The notes under the pieces: model-generated
What the model saw: the letters and a program-made list of their open reading frames with translations, nothing else
Told to the model about the DNA's origin: nothing
Databases searched by the model: none
Translations under genes and position numbers: made by a program
Virus record (IMG/VR): IMGVR_UViG_3300028835_000313
Span: 1 to 52,044 of that record
Origin: a virus
Lineage: Duplodnaviria > Caudoviricetes
Length of the DNA: 52,044 nt
Direction: 5' to 3' (one strand)
Part shown: piece after piece, positions 1-8,831 of the stretch
Layout of the letters: the number at the start of each line of letters is the position of its first letter
How positions within the stretch are numbered: the first letter of the stretch is position 1

Positions 1-144
1 AAGGGACATACTAGATGTTTTTGACCAAAGGTATTACAACCTAAAAGAAGCATTATTGGCTCACAAAGGTGATACTTCTTACTTAGAAAAGAAATATCGC
101 TATGCAGCAACCGAAGTAATATTAGCACTGAATGAATCAATTAC
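1..144. repeat. Terminal direct repeat (circular assembly overlap), copy 1
   Basis: 1-144 is identical to 51901-52044, and an ORF reads through the junction. Confidence 0.97.
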
Positions 145-523
145 CGAAAGAACTATTGATGAGGACGAACAAAAAAAAGAAGAGTACATAAAGAAATTGT
201 TGGAAATAATCTGTGACTGCGCTAATGTAGACCAAAAGGAACTACTACTTAGTGCTAATTCAAGGGATGAAAAATTCCTAATACCGAGACAATTACACAT
301 GTCTCTTCTTCACAAAACATTCAAATTGTCATTAACCAAGGCAGCAGGAGCTTATGGACAGGATCATTCCACATGCAGCTATTCATACAAGGCAGCAAGA
401 AGAGCGTATCAGTCTGATAAATTTTTTAGAGATCAATACTGGCCTGTTATAGATCATTGTATTAAATACGATACCGCAGTTAAGAAAAATAGAACAATGG
501 ATTATCTAAACGGTAAATCATGA
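2..523 (+). CDS. DnaA domain IV-like helix-turn-helix protein (3' part)
   Basis: PRQLHMSLLHKTFKLSLTKAAGAYGQDHST resembles the DnaA C-terminal motif (RQ..MYL...SL..IG..FGRDHST). Confidence 0.65.
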   Translation, partial: RDILDVFDQRYYNLKEALLAHKGDTSYLEKKYRYAATEVILALNESITERTIDEDEQKKEEYIKKLLEIICDCANVDQKELLLSANSRDEKFLIPRQLHMSLLHKTFKLSLTKAAGAYGQDHSTCSYSYKAARRAYQSDKFFRDQYWPVIDHCIKYDTAVKKNRTMDYLNGKS

Positions 524-786
524 AAAGTACGATATTTGAATTTATAAGAAATCTCATGTTTTTGGCAGTGTTAATTTATATTTTATGGTATAATCACACC
601 AAACAGGAGCAAAGAGACAATGTAATTGAATTATTAGATCACAAAGTTGATTCATTGATAACAATCAATAAGCCATTAGTCCACAAAATTGATTCATTGT
701 CAGATCATATCCACTTTACAGATACTTCACATTTCAAATGGTGTGATTTTGTACCGAATGGAAAGTATAAACCTTATGGAGAATAG
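520..786 (+). CDS. Hypothetical protein with N-terminal transmembrane helix
   Basis: ATGA overlap with upstream stop; hydrophobic N-terminus. Confidence 0.65.
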   Translation: MKSTIFEFIRNLMFLAVLIYILWYNHTKQEQRDNVIELLDHKVDSLITINKPLVHKIDSLSDHIHFTDTSHFKWCDFVPNGKYKPYGE

Positions 787-835
787 ATAACGGTTGGTGT
801 TTGTGGAGTTTTTAAACCGATTAAAAAGAAATAAA

Positions 836-1081
836 ATGGAATTAAGAGAATGTAATTTAGTACAATTAGCCGAACAAAAAAGACAACTAATTGAGAATAG
901 TGATGAAGATTGGAAACAAAGTATTCCCTACAAAGAACGTATGCGTGAAATTAACCGTTGTATCGATGTTATAAAAGCCGAAGGCGGTGCGGTTTGCGGT
1001 GCATGCTGGGGTTCTGGATGGGAAACACAGTTTATTACCCCATGCCGTACGTGCAATGGAACTGGTAAAATAGCAAACTGA
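836..1081 (+). CDS. Small protein with C-terminal DnaJ-type CxxCxGxG zinc-finger module (cassette-like)
   Basis: CGACWGSG...CRTCNGTG; ATG at 836 after an A-rich leader. Confidence 0.7.
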   Translation: MELRECNLVQLAEQKRQLIENSDEDWKQSIPYKERMREINRCIDVIKAEGGAVCGACWGSGWETQFITPCRTCNGTGKIAN

Positions 1082-1162
1082 TTTATAACTGCGTATATGT
1101 TCACCTTTTGTTATACAAACCTTTTAGAAATTAGATTATGAAACAATTTATCCTGAAATAGA

Positions 1163-1450
1163 ATGAAAAAACACACTAAATTATACTTTGATTTCTTCGA
1201 AGTTGATTATGATCCTGTTTCTGGCTGGCATGATTGCGTAAGTGAAATTTCAGGCGAACCTGCTGTTGATGTACACCATATAGAATCAAGAGGAATGGGT
1301 GGTTCTAAAAATGCAGATAAAATTGAGAATCTAATGGCATTAACCAGGAATGAACACGATTTTTATGGAGACAAAAAAGAACATTTAGAATATTTAAAAC
1401 AAATTCATGCAGATTATATTAAGAGATTTACCGAAAATAAGTCTCAATAA
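1163..1450 (+). CDS. Small HNH-type nuclease-like protein
   Basis: AVDVHHI...NLMALTRNEH motif. Confidence 0.65.
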   Translation: MKKHTKLYFDFFEVDYDPVSGWHDCVSEISGEPAVDVHHIESRGMGGSKNADKIENLMALTRNEHDFYGDKKEHLEYLKQIHADYIKRFTENKSQ

Positions 1451-1739
1451 ATGGTATGCTTCTGAACATTGGACTAATCGAAAGACAAGTAAGGATAATT
1501 ATAAACTTCTCGTAAAGAGCCAATTTAAGCACGTATTTAAGAAGGATAAACAATATGAGGTCGAATATATGTTTTGCTTTAAATCTCGTCCTCTTGATGC
1601 CTCAAATTGTATTGCAATGGTTAAATTGATTGAGGACATTATTTTTGAAGATGATAAGTGGGACATTATTTTAAATATTAAAATTTCATCAGGCAAAGCA
1701 TCTTCTGATTATGTAGTTATCGAAGTTAATGAAATATAA
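1407..1739 (+). CDS. RusA-like Holliday junction resolvase
   Basis: SLNKWY...RPLDASN...KLIEDIIFEDD acidic catalytic pattern. Confidence 0.6.
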   Translation: MQIILRDLPKISLNKWYASEHWTNRKTSKDNYKLLVKSQFKHVFKKDKQYEVEYMFCFKSRPLDASNCIAMVKLIEDIIFEDDKWDIILNIKISSGKASSDYVVIEVNEI

Positions 1740-1772
1740 TGCTGAAGGAATTGAATAAACGTATTAAAGAGT

Positions 1773-2057
1773 ATGATCTCATATAAGAAGTTAAAATATG
1801 TAGACGAGAAAGAAATCATTCCACGAAGATATTGTACAGATAAGCTATTTAAACAACTTAGGAAAGCCGGATTCGAGACTGCCGGATATGAGAAATCACT
1901 TGAATCGATTCTCCAGGATAAAGGCTTCGGGCTCCCGGTTAAATATAACGAGCATTTTGTATTCACTGTTAAAGGTAAGTACACTAGAATGTATCTAAAT
2001 TATGTAGATAGCCTGGCAAATGAAATTTTATTGTTACGTGAATTGAAATTGATATGA
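1773..2057 (+). CDS. Hypothetical protein
   Basis: ORF in operon context. Confidence 0.55.
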   Translation: MISYKKLKYVDEKEIIPRRYCTDKLFKQLRKAGFETAGYEKSLESILQDKGFGLPVKYNEHFVFTVKGKYTRMYLNYVDSLANEILLLRELKLI

Positions 2058-2101
2058 GAACACCTGAAATAAATACTTACTTAATAGACTGTATGGAATG
2101 A
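2054..2101 (+). pseudogene. 15-codon remnant resembling a DNA methyltransferase N-terminus (MRTPEINTYLIDCME*)
   Basis: Resembles the start of the next gene (MREINKIYCDNW) and the typical ...DC.E start of N4/N6 MTases. Confidence 0.4.
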
Positions 2102-3111
2102 GAGAAATAAATAAAATATATTGCGATAACTGGCTAAATAATAATCTGCCTGATAAGTGTGCAAAATTAATAATTGCAGATCCTCCATATTTTGAAGTAA
2201 AAGGAGAGTTTGATTTTATATGGAAAACATTTGAGGACTATTTAAAAGATGTTGAAAAGTGGGCGATTGAATGTAAAAGGGTGCTTGCTGATAATGGTAC
2301 TTTATTTTGGTATGGACATGCCAAAAATATAGCATACTCACAAATTATTTTTGATAAAATATTTGAACTTGTAAATAACATAGTATGGGAAAAAACAGAT
2401 TGCCAAACAAATAAAGGAATTGAATATTTTAGAATGTTTGCTCCAATAACTGAACGCATACTAATGTACCAACACAAAGATGAATATCACGATATAGTAA
2501 GGATGGCTATTGAAGAAGTCCAGAAATATTTAAATACATTAACAACAAAAAATGAATTAGCAGAAATGCTTTTGAATATTGGTAATTGTAAAAATATTGC
2601 AAGTGCTAAGCAAAATGCTCATAACATATTGAGCCAACGAAGTGCAAAACCACAAATGATAACAGAATTGCAGTATGATTTAATTGCAAAAGATAAAATG
2701 TTATACAGCGAATTGGCTGCGCTATATGAAATAAAAAGGATAGAATTTGATTTAAAAAGAAGACCATTTAATAATTTTAAAAAACTAAGCGATGTTCTTA
2801 AATTTAGCCAACAAGCCAATATTTCCGGGAATTACGACCATGACACAATTAAGCCGGAGAAACTAACAAGAGCCTTAATTTTGACTTGCAGCCGTAAAGA
2901 TGACTTAGTAGTAGTGCCATTTGCCGGAAGCGGAACAGAATGCGCTATGAGTGCCAAAGAAGGGCGACTATTTATAGGCTTTGACATTGAACAAAAACAT
3001 GTTAATACAAGCAATGAACGATGCAAAATACAGCTTCAGCGCAAAAACGATATTAAAGAGTTCGGATTCGCCAAGACTGAACTATCTAAAATCAATCCAA
3101 CTTTATTTTGA
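2098..3111 (+). CDS. Amino (N6-A/N4-C) DNA methyltransferase, beta class
   Basis: IIADPPY catalytic motif precedes the PFAGSGT SAM-binding motif. Confidence 0.92.
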   Translation: MREINKIYCDNWLNNNLPDKCAKLIIADPPYFEVKGEFDFIWKTFEDYLKDVEKWAIECKRVLADNGTLFWYGHAKNIAYSQIIFDKIFELVNNIVWEKTDCQTNKGIEYFRMFAPITERILMYQHKDEYHDIVRMAIEEVQKYLNTLTTKNELAEMLLNIGNCKNIASAKQNAHNILSQRSAKPQMITELQYDLIAKDKMLYSELAALYEIKRIEFDLKRRPFNNFKKLSDVLKFSQQANISGNYDHDTIKPEKLTRALILTCSRKDDLVVVPFAGSGTECAMSAKEGRLFIGFDIEQKHVNTSNERCKIQLQRKNDIKEFGFAKTELSKINPTLF

Positions 3112-3137
3112 TTTGTACAACTTTTGTATTACATTTG
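3107..3137 (+). promoter_or_regulatory. Bacteroidota primary-sigma promoter (TTTG-N19-TACATTTG)
   Basis: Matches the -33/-7 consensus; ATG at 3157. Confidence 0.65.
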
Positions 3138-3156
3138 CTATCAAACTATATTAGTT

Positions 3157-3339
3157 ATGGAAGATATACAAGAAAAAGCAACTTTGAGAGTTAAATCTTG
3201 CGTTAAAAGAAAGCTCTTTACAAAGACTGATTTTGCCAAAATGTTAAATATCGGCAGACCCACACTAGACTCCAGGTTGAAAAAAGGAGATTGGAGAAAG
3301 AAAGAGTTGGATATAATCTTTAACGAAACTGAATTCTAA
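3157..3339 (+). CDS. Small HTH (Cro-like) regulator
   Basis: TKTDFAKMLNIGRPTLDSRL HTH pattern; lies upstream of the antirepressor. Confidence 0.65.
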   Translation: MEDIQEKATLRVKSCVKRKLFTKTDFAKMLNIGRPTLDSRLKKGDWRKKELDIIFNETEF

Positions 3340-4082
3340 TGGACAATCTAATCAAGATTTACGATCATAAAGAATCAAGGGTAGCCAGTGCAAGGGATTT
3401 GCATTTATTTCTTGAAAGTAAACAGGATTTTTCTACATGGATTAAAAACCGTATAGATAAATTTGGTTTTATTGAAGATCAAGACTATACAACGTTCCAT
3501 AAAATTGTGGAGCGTGCAAAGAGAAAAGAGTATGCAATTACTATGGATATGGCTAAAGAACTTTCTATGGTTGAGAACAATGAAAAAGGACGTATTGCAA
3601 GGAGGTATTTTATTGATGCTGAAAAGAAATACCGACAATCAGTTCAATTATCGGTGCCACAATCTTATGCTGAAGCATTAGAACTTGCAGCCAAGCAAGC
3701 CAGAGATATTGAATCAAAGGATAAATTAATAGCTATTCAGGCACCAAAGGCTAGTTTTGCCGACAGAGTTATTGATTCTGAAGATAATCACCTTGTAGAT
3801 ATTGGTCAGGCTGCAAAACTGCTTAAAATACCCAACATGGGGCGGAATATATTCTTTGGTAAACTAAGGAATGATGGTATTTTATTCAATTCCAGGAACG
3901 AGCCTAAACAACAATACATCAATCAAGGCTATTTCGAACTACGTGAAAAGAAGATTGAACGAGAAAACCATTCATCATTTGTAGTTAACAAAGTTTTAGT
4001 TACTCAGAAAGGATTATTCTGGCTGTCTAAAAAGTATGGTGGAGAATTTAAACCTGGATTTCCTGCATTAAAAGTTGAATAA
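3339..4082 (+). CDS. Phage antirepressor (AntA/AntB N-terminal plus KilAC/ANT C-terminal)
   Basis: SARDLHLFLESKQDFSTWIKNRI...DMAKELSMVE; VPQSYAEALELAA; VLVTQKGL. Confidence 0.88.
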   Translation: MDNLIKIYDHKESRVASARDLHLFLESKQDFSTWIKNRIDKFGFIEDQDYTTFHKIVERAKRKEYAITMDMAKELSMVENNEKGRIARRYFIDAEKKYRQSVQLSVPQSYAEALELAAKQARDIESKDKLIAIQAPKASFADRVIDSEDNHLVDIGQAAKLLKIPNMGRNIFFGKLRNDGILFNSRNEPKQQYINQGYFELREKKIERENHSSFVVNKVLVTQKGLFWLSKKYGGEFKPGFPALKVE

Positions 4083-4698
4083 TATGAAAACACTACAATT
4101 AAACCACATCCAGCATTACCCTATGGGGAAGAATGGAGTAAAACTTATAACTGCAAAACATCAAATAAAATATGGGGAAAGAACTATTCTAACCCTGAAT
4201 GGTGTATGCTGGGATGATAACAATGATGATTTGAATATGGAATTTATCCATGAAAATGATTTAATATTTTCAAATTGTATGAAACCAATGCAATTAATCC
4301 TTCACGATCTATCCGACCTAACCAAACCAATAAAAGTAGAAGGCTATAACGATGGGAAAGAATTTATACCAATGGTGGAATTATTTCAAATGATATACAC
4401 AGATGAGTTGATAGAAATGTTTAATAATTTCAATGGGTATAAGCTTGGCTGTAATAAGGAGAATGATTGTTATTACATGATATTTGATAATTATGACTTT
4501 GATGGTGTTCACACTAAAGCAGAATATGAAGTTCAATTTTATTATAAAAATGGATGTTTAGTTCTGGATGTTCCTGTTTGGATGGATAATGTGATAGAAA
4601 ATAATTATTCCCTATACCAAAAACTATTTGAATGGAAATTTGACGTATTCGAATTAATCCCGGGCGGTTTAGCGATAGATGTAAATACCATAAAATAA
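4075..4698 (+). CDS. Hypothetical phage protein
   Basis: 207-aa ORF ending DVFELIPGGLAIDVNTIK. Confidence 0.7.
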   Translation: MNNMKTLQLNHIQHYPMGKNGVKLITAKHQIKYGERTILTLNGVCWDDNNDDLNMEFIHENDLIFSNCMKPMQLILHDLSDLTKPIKVEGYNDGKEFIPMVELFQMIYTDELIEMFNNFNGYKLGCNKENDCYYMIFDNYDFDGVHTKAEYEVQFYYKNGCLVLDVPVWMDNVIENNYSLYQKLFEWKFDVFELIPGGLAIDVNTIK

Positions 4699-4704
4699 AT
4701 AACA

Positions 4705-5412
4705 ATGTCAGATTCATGCAATATTAAATTAGAGCCATATAAATACAGATGTTTATGCGGAGGGGTAGTTACTAGAGAAAATTGGAAAAATAAGGGATAT
4801 AAATTTAACAATGTAAGCGGATTTAAATGGATGCCTTGTAGTAAATGTGGTAAAAATTACACTAATCAAGATAGAGGCGTACATATTTATTACATTGAAG
4901 AAAATGAGTATTGGATTGATATGCTGGGATACAAAGGTGCTTATAAAATAAGTAATCACGGAAGAATTAAGTCTTTAAAGAGAAAAGACTCTATTGGGAG
5001 AAAGGTTAATGAAAAGATGATAAGTCAAAGGTTATCAAAAGAAGGATATTTTATGGTTAAACTCTACAATAAAAGATATCAAGTTCATCAATCAATGGTA
5101 GAATCATTTCTACAAACAAAAACAGATGGTAAAAATTTCGTCGTCAATCATATTGATCATAACAAGGAAAATAACCACTTATCCAATTTAGAAATCGTTA
5201 CCCCAAGACAAAATTCAAACAAAAAACATATAAAGCATTCTTCAAAATACACAGGAGTAACATGGAACAAGAACAAAAACAAATGGACTTCTAGGATATA
5301 TCTAAATGGAAAATTAAAACATTTAGGTCATTTCGATAACGAATATGAAGCTCATCTAGCATACGAAAAAGAATTAGAAGGAATCTGGATAGATATTAAC
5401 ACACTTGATTAA
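4705..5412 (+). CDS. NUMOD4-HNH-AP2 homing endonuclease with N-terminal Zn-finger extension
   Basis: W.DMLGYKGAYKISNHGRIKS; VNHIDHNKENNHLSNLE; SKYTGVTW...HLGHFDNEYEAH. Confidence 0.88.
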   Translation: MSDSCNIKLEPYKYRCLCGGVVTRENWKNKGYKFNNVSGFKWMPCSKCGKNYTNQDRGVHIYYIEENEYWIDMLGYKGAYKISNHGRIKSLKRKDSIGRKVNEKMISQRLSKEGYFMVKLYNKRYQVHQSMVESFLQTKTDGKNFVVNHIDHNKENNHLSNLEIVTPRQNSNKKHIKHSSKYTGVTWNKNKNKWTSRIYLNGKLKHLGHFDNEYEAHLAYEKELEGIWIDINTLD

Positions 5413-5437
5413 TATAAATCAAATTAAATAAACAGTT

Positions 5438-5788
5438 ATGGAACACTTATTTTATGATGGTAATTTCTATAGTGAATTGTCTGAATACTTAGAATACCAC
5501 GACATAAAAAGGGAAGAAGTCGAATCTTATCCAGATGATTATAAACTAGAGATGAACGGTTCAAAATTAGAGCCAATAGTTCAGTTTGATGCTGAATGGA
5601 TAAGTGAAAGGATTTGCGAAGAAAGATTTTCTGAGAATAATTGTGACAGTGAAACTTCTAAAATAATGAAGGCCTTAAATGACTGTATAGATTTTGACAA
5701 ACTCAATAGTCAGATACCAAAGCTTTATTATGAGAACAGGAGAGACAAATGTGTATTTACTAAAGCAGATTTATTGGAATTGTTATAA
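5438..5788 (+). CDS. Hypothetical acidic protein
   Basis: ORF flanked by a direct repeat. Confidence 0.65.
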   Translation: MEHLFYDGNFYSELSEYLEYHDIKREEVESYPDDYKLEMNGSKLEPIVQFDAEWISERICEERFSENNCDSETSKIMKALNDCIDFDKLNSQIPKLYYENRRDKCVFTKADLLELL

Positions 5789-5835
5789 TACACTTGATTA
5801 AATAACACAACTTTAAAACAATTTGAACTAAAGTC

Positions 5836-6012
5836 ATGGTAGAAAAAGGACAAACAATAAAGTTTAAAGATGGACTTAAATATGAAGTACTAAAAGTTTT
5901 CGATACAGGTCATGCAGATTTAAAATCTAAACAACCTTTATTTGAATGGATGCCAGATTTTTACCCTGTTTTCTATTCAATCAAACTTAAAGATTACGAG
6001 ATAATTAATTAA
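5836..6012 (+). CDS. Hypothetical 58-aa protein (not in ORF track)
   Basis: MVEKGQTIKFKDG...YEIIN*, fills the gap in the operon. Confidence 0.55.
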   Translation: MVEKGQTIKFKDGLKYEVLKVFDTGHADLKSKQPLFEWMPDFYPVFYSIKLKDYEIIN

Positions 6013-6030
6013 CCTTTAAAACAAACGACT

Positions 6031-6216
6031 ATGAAATATTTAATAAGAGTTCAGGCCAATCATGATTGCTGGATTGCAGATGGAAGTAGCGATCCTTCGA
6101 GAACAACAATTAAAAAACATGCAAAGGTTTTTAGTAAAAAGCATATTGCTGAAAAACGAAAAGTAAAACTTGAAAGAGAGTACCCAAATAGAGCATTTTC
6201 AGTTGAACCAGTTTAG
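6031..6216 (+). CDS. Hypothetical protein
   Basis: ORF with A-rich leader. Confidence 0.6.
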   Translation: MKYLIRVQANHDCWIADGSSDPSRTTIKKHAKVFSKKHIAEKRKVKLEREYPNRAFSVEPV

Positions 6217-6262
6217 TTCCCATTAAAACTAAGTATCCAATTAAACACTTAAAATAAAACAA

Positions 6263-6481
6263 ATGAAAAACAAAGTCAAATCAATTACTGAAGCATTTTC
6301 AATGCAACCTGCAACATTAAGTATTGTGGACAAGCCAGCAAAATTCAATCCTAAAGATTCAATAAAAGAAATTAAATTGGAAATTGTAAATGGTGATCTT
6401 AATGTTTATACTGGATACAATTTTGATGGGAAAAGGCTTTTTATGTATAATGCCAAATCAGTAAATGTCCACTGTGTTTAA
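6263..6481 (+). CDS. Hypothetical protein
   Basis: ORF with A-rich leader. Confidence 0.6.
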   Translation: MKNKVKSITEAFSMQPATLSIVDKPAKFNPKDSIKEIKLEIVNGDLNVYTGYNFDGKRLFMYNAKSVNVHCV

Positions 6482-6498
6482 AGGAAAAGCAATTTATT

Positions 6499-6744
6499 AT
6501 GGCATATTTTAGTAATTCATCAGACGGGGCAATATTTGACGAACAGTGTTCTAAGTGTAAATACGGAGAAGATTCTTGTCCAATTGCAACAGCTCAATTT
6601 CTTTATAATTATGATGTCTGTGGTAATAAAACAGCAACCAATATTTTAAATACAATAGTGGATGAAAAAGGTATTTGTCAAATGCGACATACTTTTAAAA
6701 AGGATTTAGCTACAGACGGAAGCACACAAATAAAATTATTCTAA
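6499..6744 (+). CDS. Cys-rich hypothetical protein
   Basis: CSKC...CP...C pattern. Confidence 0.6.
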   Translation: MAYFSNSSDGAIFDEQCSKCKYGEDSCPIATAQFLYNYDVCGNKTATNILNTIVDEKGICQMRHTFKKDLATDGSTQIKLF

Positions 6745-6788
6745 TTGCGTTTGAAGAGATTATAACTTATTTGAATAACTAAAATATT

Positions 6789-7106
6789 ATGAATAAAGAA
6801 AAATTAGCAGAAAACCACGCAAAAGAAATGTGGGGCGACCCAGCACTGCAAAGACAAAGAGAATACGCACAGCATTCTTTTAAAAAAGGATATGAAGCCC
6901 ACGAAAGTGAAGTTAAAAATTTACGTAGGGAAAAACTAGCTGAAAGTATATTGATAGCATTACTTCAAAACCCTGAGAGGTATAAATATATAGCCGGGAA
7001 AGTTGAGAGTGGAGAACTTAAACAAGAAGAAGCAAACCTTAAAAACATAAAAAAAGCCTATAAAATAGCTGATAGCTTTTTGAATATTGAGGTAAATGAA
7101 CGTTAA
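6789..7106 (+). CDS. Hypothetical protein flanked by a 19-bp direct repeat
   Basis: TAACTTATTTGAATAACTA at 6763 and 7104. Confidence 0.65.
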   Translation: MNKEKLAENHAKEMWGDPALQRQREYAQHSFKKGYEAHESEVKNLRREKLAESILIALLQNPERYKYIAGKVESGELKQEEANLKNIKKAYKIADSFLNIEVNER

Positions 7107-7121
7107 CTTATTTGAATAACT

Positions 7122-7505
7122 ATGGAAGCAACATATTTACGAATTGGAAATTATTTAATTGATAGAGACAACAGGCTATGCAGAGTAGAAGCAATAAAGC
7201 CAGATGATTATAAAGAATGCGAATATGAGTTTGAAGCACCTGCAATAAGTGGAGCAATTACAGGATTACCACACAAACCTATTCAATTAACAGAAGAATG
7301 GTTGGTTAAATCGAACGCCAAAATAATTAATGCCAATTTCCAATCATATATCTTGGAAAGATTTATATTGACATGGAAAAGTGCCTATAAGTATTGGTAT
7401 GTTATGGATTCAGAAAGCTTAACTTATCTGACAAAAATAGAATTCGTTCACGAGTGGCAGAATTTCTACTTTGTTATGCAGGGAGTAGAATTAAGATTTG
7501 AATAA
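7122..7505 (+). CDS. Hypothetical phage protein, paralog of 42387..42800
   Basis: Shared LRIGNY...PI.LTEEWLVK...VH..QN.YF motifs. Confidence 0.7.
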   Translation: MEATYLRIGNYLIDRDNRLCRVEAIKPDDYKECEYEFEAPAISGAITGLPHKPIQLTEEWLVKSNAKIINANFQSYILERFILTWKSAYKYWYVMDSESLTYLTKIEFVHEWQNFYFVMQGVELRFE

Positions 7506-7528
7506 TTAAAAACTATTCACTACATTTG
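7497..7528 (+). promoter_or_regulatory. Bacteroidota promoter (TTTG-N20-TACATTTG) upstream of the helicase
   Basis: Consensus match. Confidence 0.6.
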
Positions 7529-7671
7529 CTTACAGCAACAATTTATTAAACAAGTATCAATTGAAATTTTATTTAAAAACATAGTACAGATTAAGGGGAG
7601 AGAATTCGAAACGCTTGTTTAGAATTGTTGCTAACTCGAACCTTTCTCTGTGCGTTCATATCTTAGCAACT

Positions 7672-8829
7672 ATGAAATACAAATTACGAGACTATCAAAT
7701 TGATTCATCAAGAGCGGCAATCGATTATTTTGAGGAAGACAGCAATAAAAATGCAATAATGGTACTACCTACAGGTTCCGGCAAAAGTTTAATCATTGCT
7801 GAAATTGCATTTAATTTATCAAATCCTACTATTATTTTTCAACCGTCAAAAGAAATTTTAGAACAAAACTTTGCTAAACTTCAATCTTATGGCATAATGG
7901 ATTGTTCTATTTATTCCGCTTCTTTTAATTCAAAAAAAATAAGCCGCATTACACTAGCTACTATTGGAAGCGTGAGAACGAAACCAGAACTATTTAAGCA
8001 TTTTAAAAATATAATAATTGATGAGTGCCATTTAGTAAATGCAAAGAAAGGCATGTATAAGGAGTTTTTGGATAATTTAACTGGAAAGGTGTTAGGATTA
8101 ACAGCAACACCTTATCGTTTAACTACTGATGGATGGGGCGGCTCTATACTTAAATTTTTAACACGCACAAGACCACGTGTTTTTGTTGATCTTATTTATT
8201 ATAGTCAGATATCCGATTTATTAGAAAGAGGCTATTTGAGCAAAATTGATTACTACCAAATAAAAGCAGTTGACACAAATCAATTACAATTAAATACCAC
8301 AGGTGCAGATTATACAGACAGTTCAGTAAAAAACCATTATAATGCTATTAAATTCCCAAACAAGTTAATTGAAATAATTTCACGCTTAATTGTTTCTGAA
8401 CGTCAAAATATATTAGTGTTTACTAGATTTATAGAAGAGGCTCAATTTGTAGTGGATCAAATGAATGGATTAGCTGAAATAGTAACTGGTAAAACACCAA
8501 AAAAAGAACGAGAAACACTTCTTAGTAATTTTAAAACAGGACAAATAAGAGTAATGTTAAACGTTGGAGTATTAACCACCGGATTTGATTTTCCAGAACT
8601 ATCTACCATCGTTTTAGCAAGACCTACGAGATCACTTGCATTATATTATCAAATGATTGGACGTGGAATAAGACCACATGAAAATAAAGAATCTGCATGG
8701 GTTATTGATCTTTGTGAAAACTATAAAAGATTCGGTAAAGTTGAAGATTTAAAAATATCATCTTCTAAGCCTAATTTATGGCATATTGAGAATAATAAAA
8801 AACAATTAACGAATGTTTATTACGATTAA
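7672..8829 (+). CDS. SF2 DExH helicase (RadD/YejH-like)
   Basis: LRDYQ, PTGSGKS, DECH, TAT, GFDFP, QMIGRGIR; ATG at 7672. Confidence 0.92.
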   Translation: MKYKLRDYQIDSSRAAIDYFEEDSNKNAIMVLPTGSGKSLIIAEIAFNLSNPTIIFQPSKEILEQNFAKLQSYGIMDCSIYSASFNSKKISRITLATIGSVRTKPELFKHFKNIIIDECHLVNAKKGMYKEFLDNLTGKVLGLTATPYRLTTDGWGGSILKFLTRTRPRVFVDLIYYSQISDLLERGYLSKIDYYQIKAVDTNQLQLNTTGADYTDSSVKNHYNAIKFPNKLIEIISRLIVSERQNILVFTRFIEEAQFVVDQMNGLAEIVTGKTPKKERETLLSNFKTGQIRVMLNVGVLTTGFDFPELSTIVLARPTRSLALYYQMIGRGIRPHENKESAWVIDLCENYKRFGKVEDLKISSSKPNLWHIENNKKQLTNVYYD

Positions 8830-8831
8830 TC

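Noticed and set aside
1-144. Biological direct terminal repeat
   Set aside because: It falls mid-gene and its length is typical of an assembler overlap; it shows circularity, not the packaging ends
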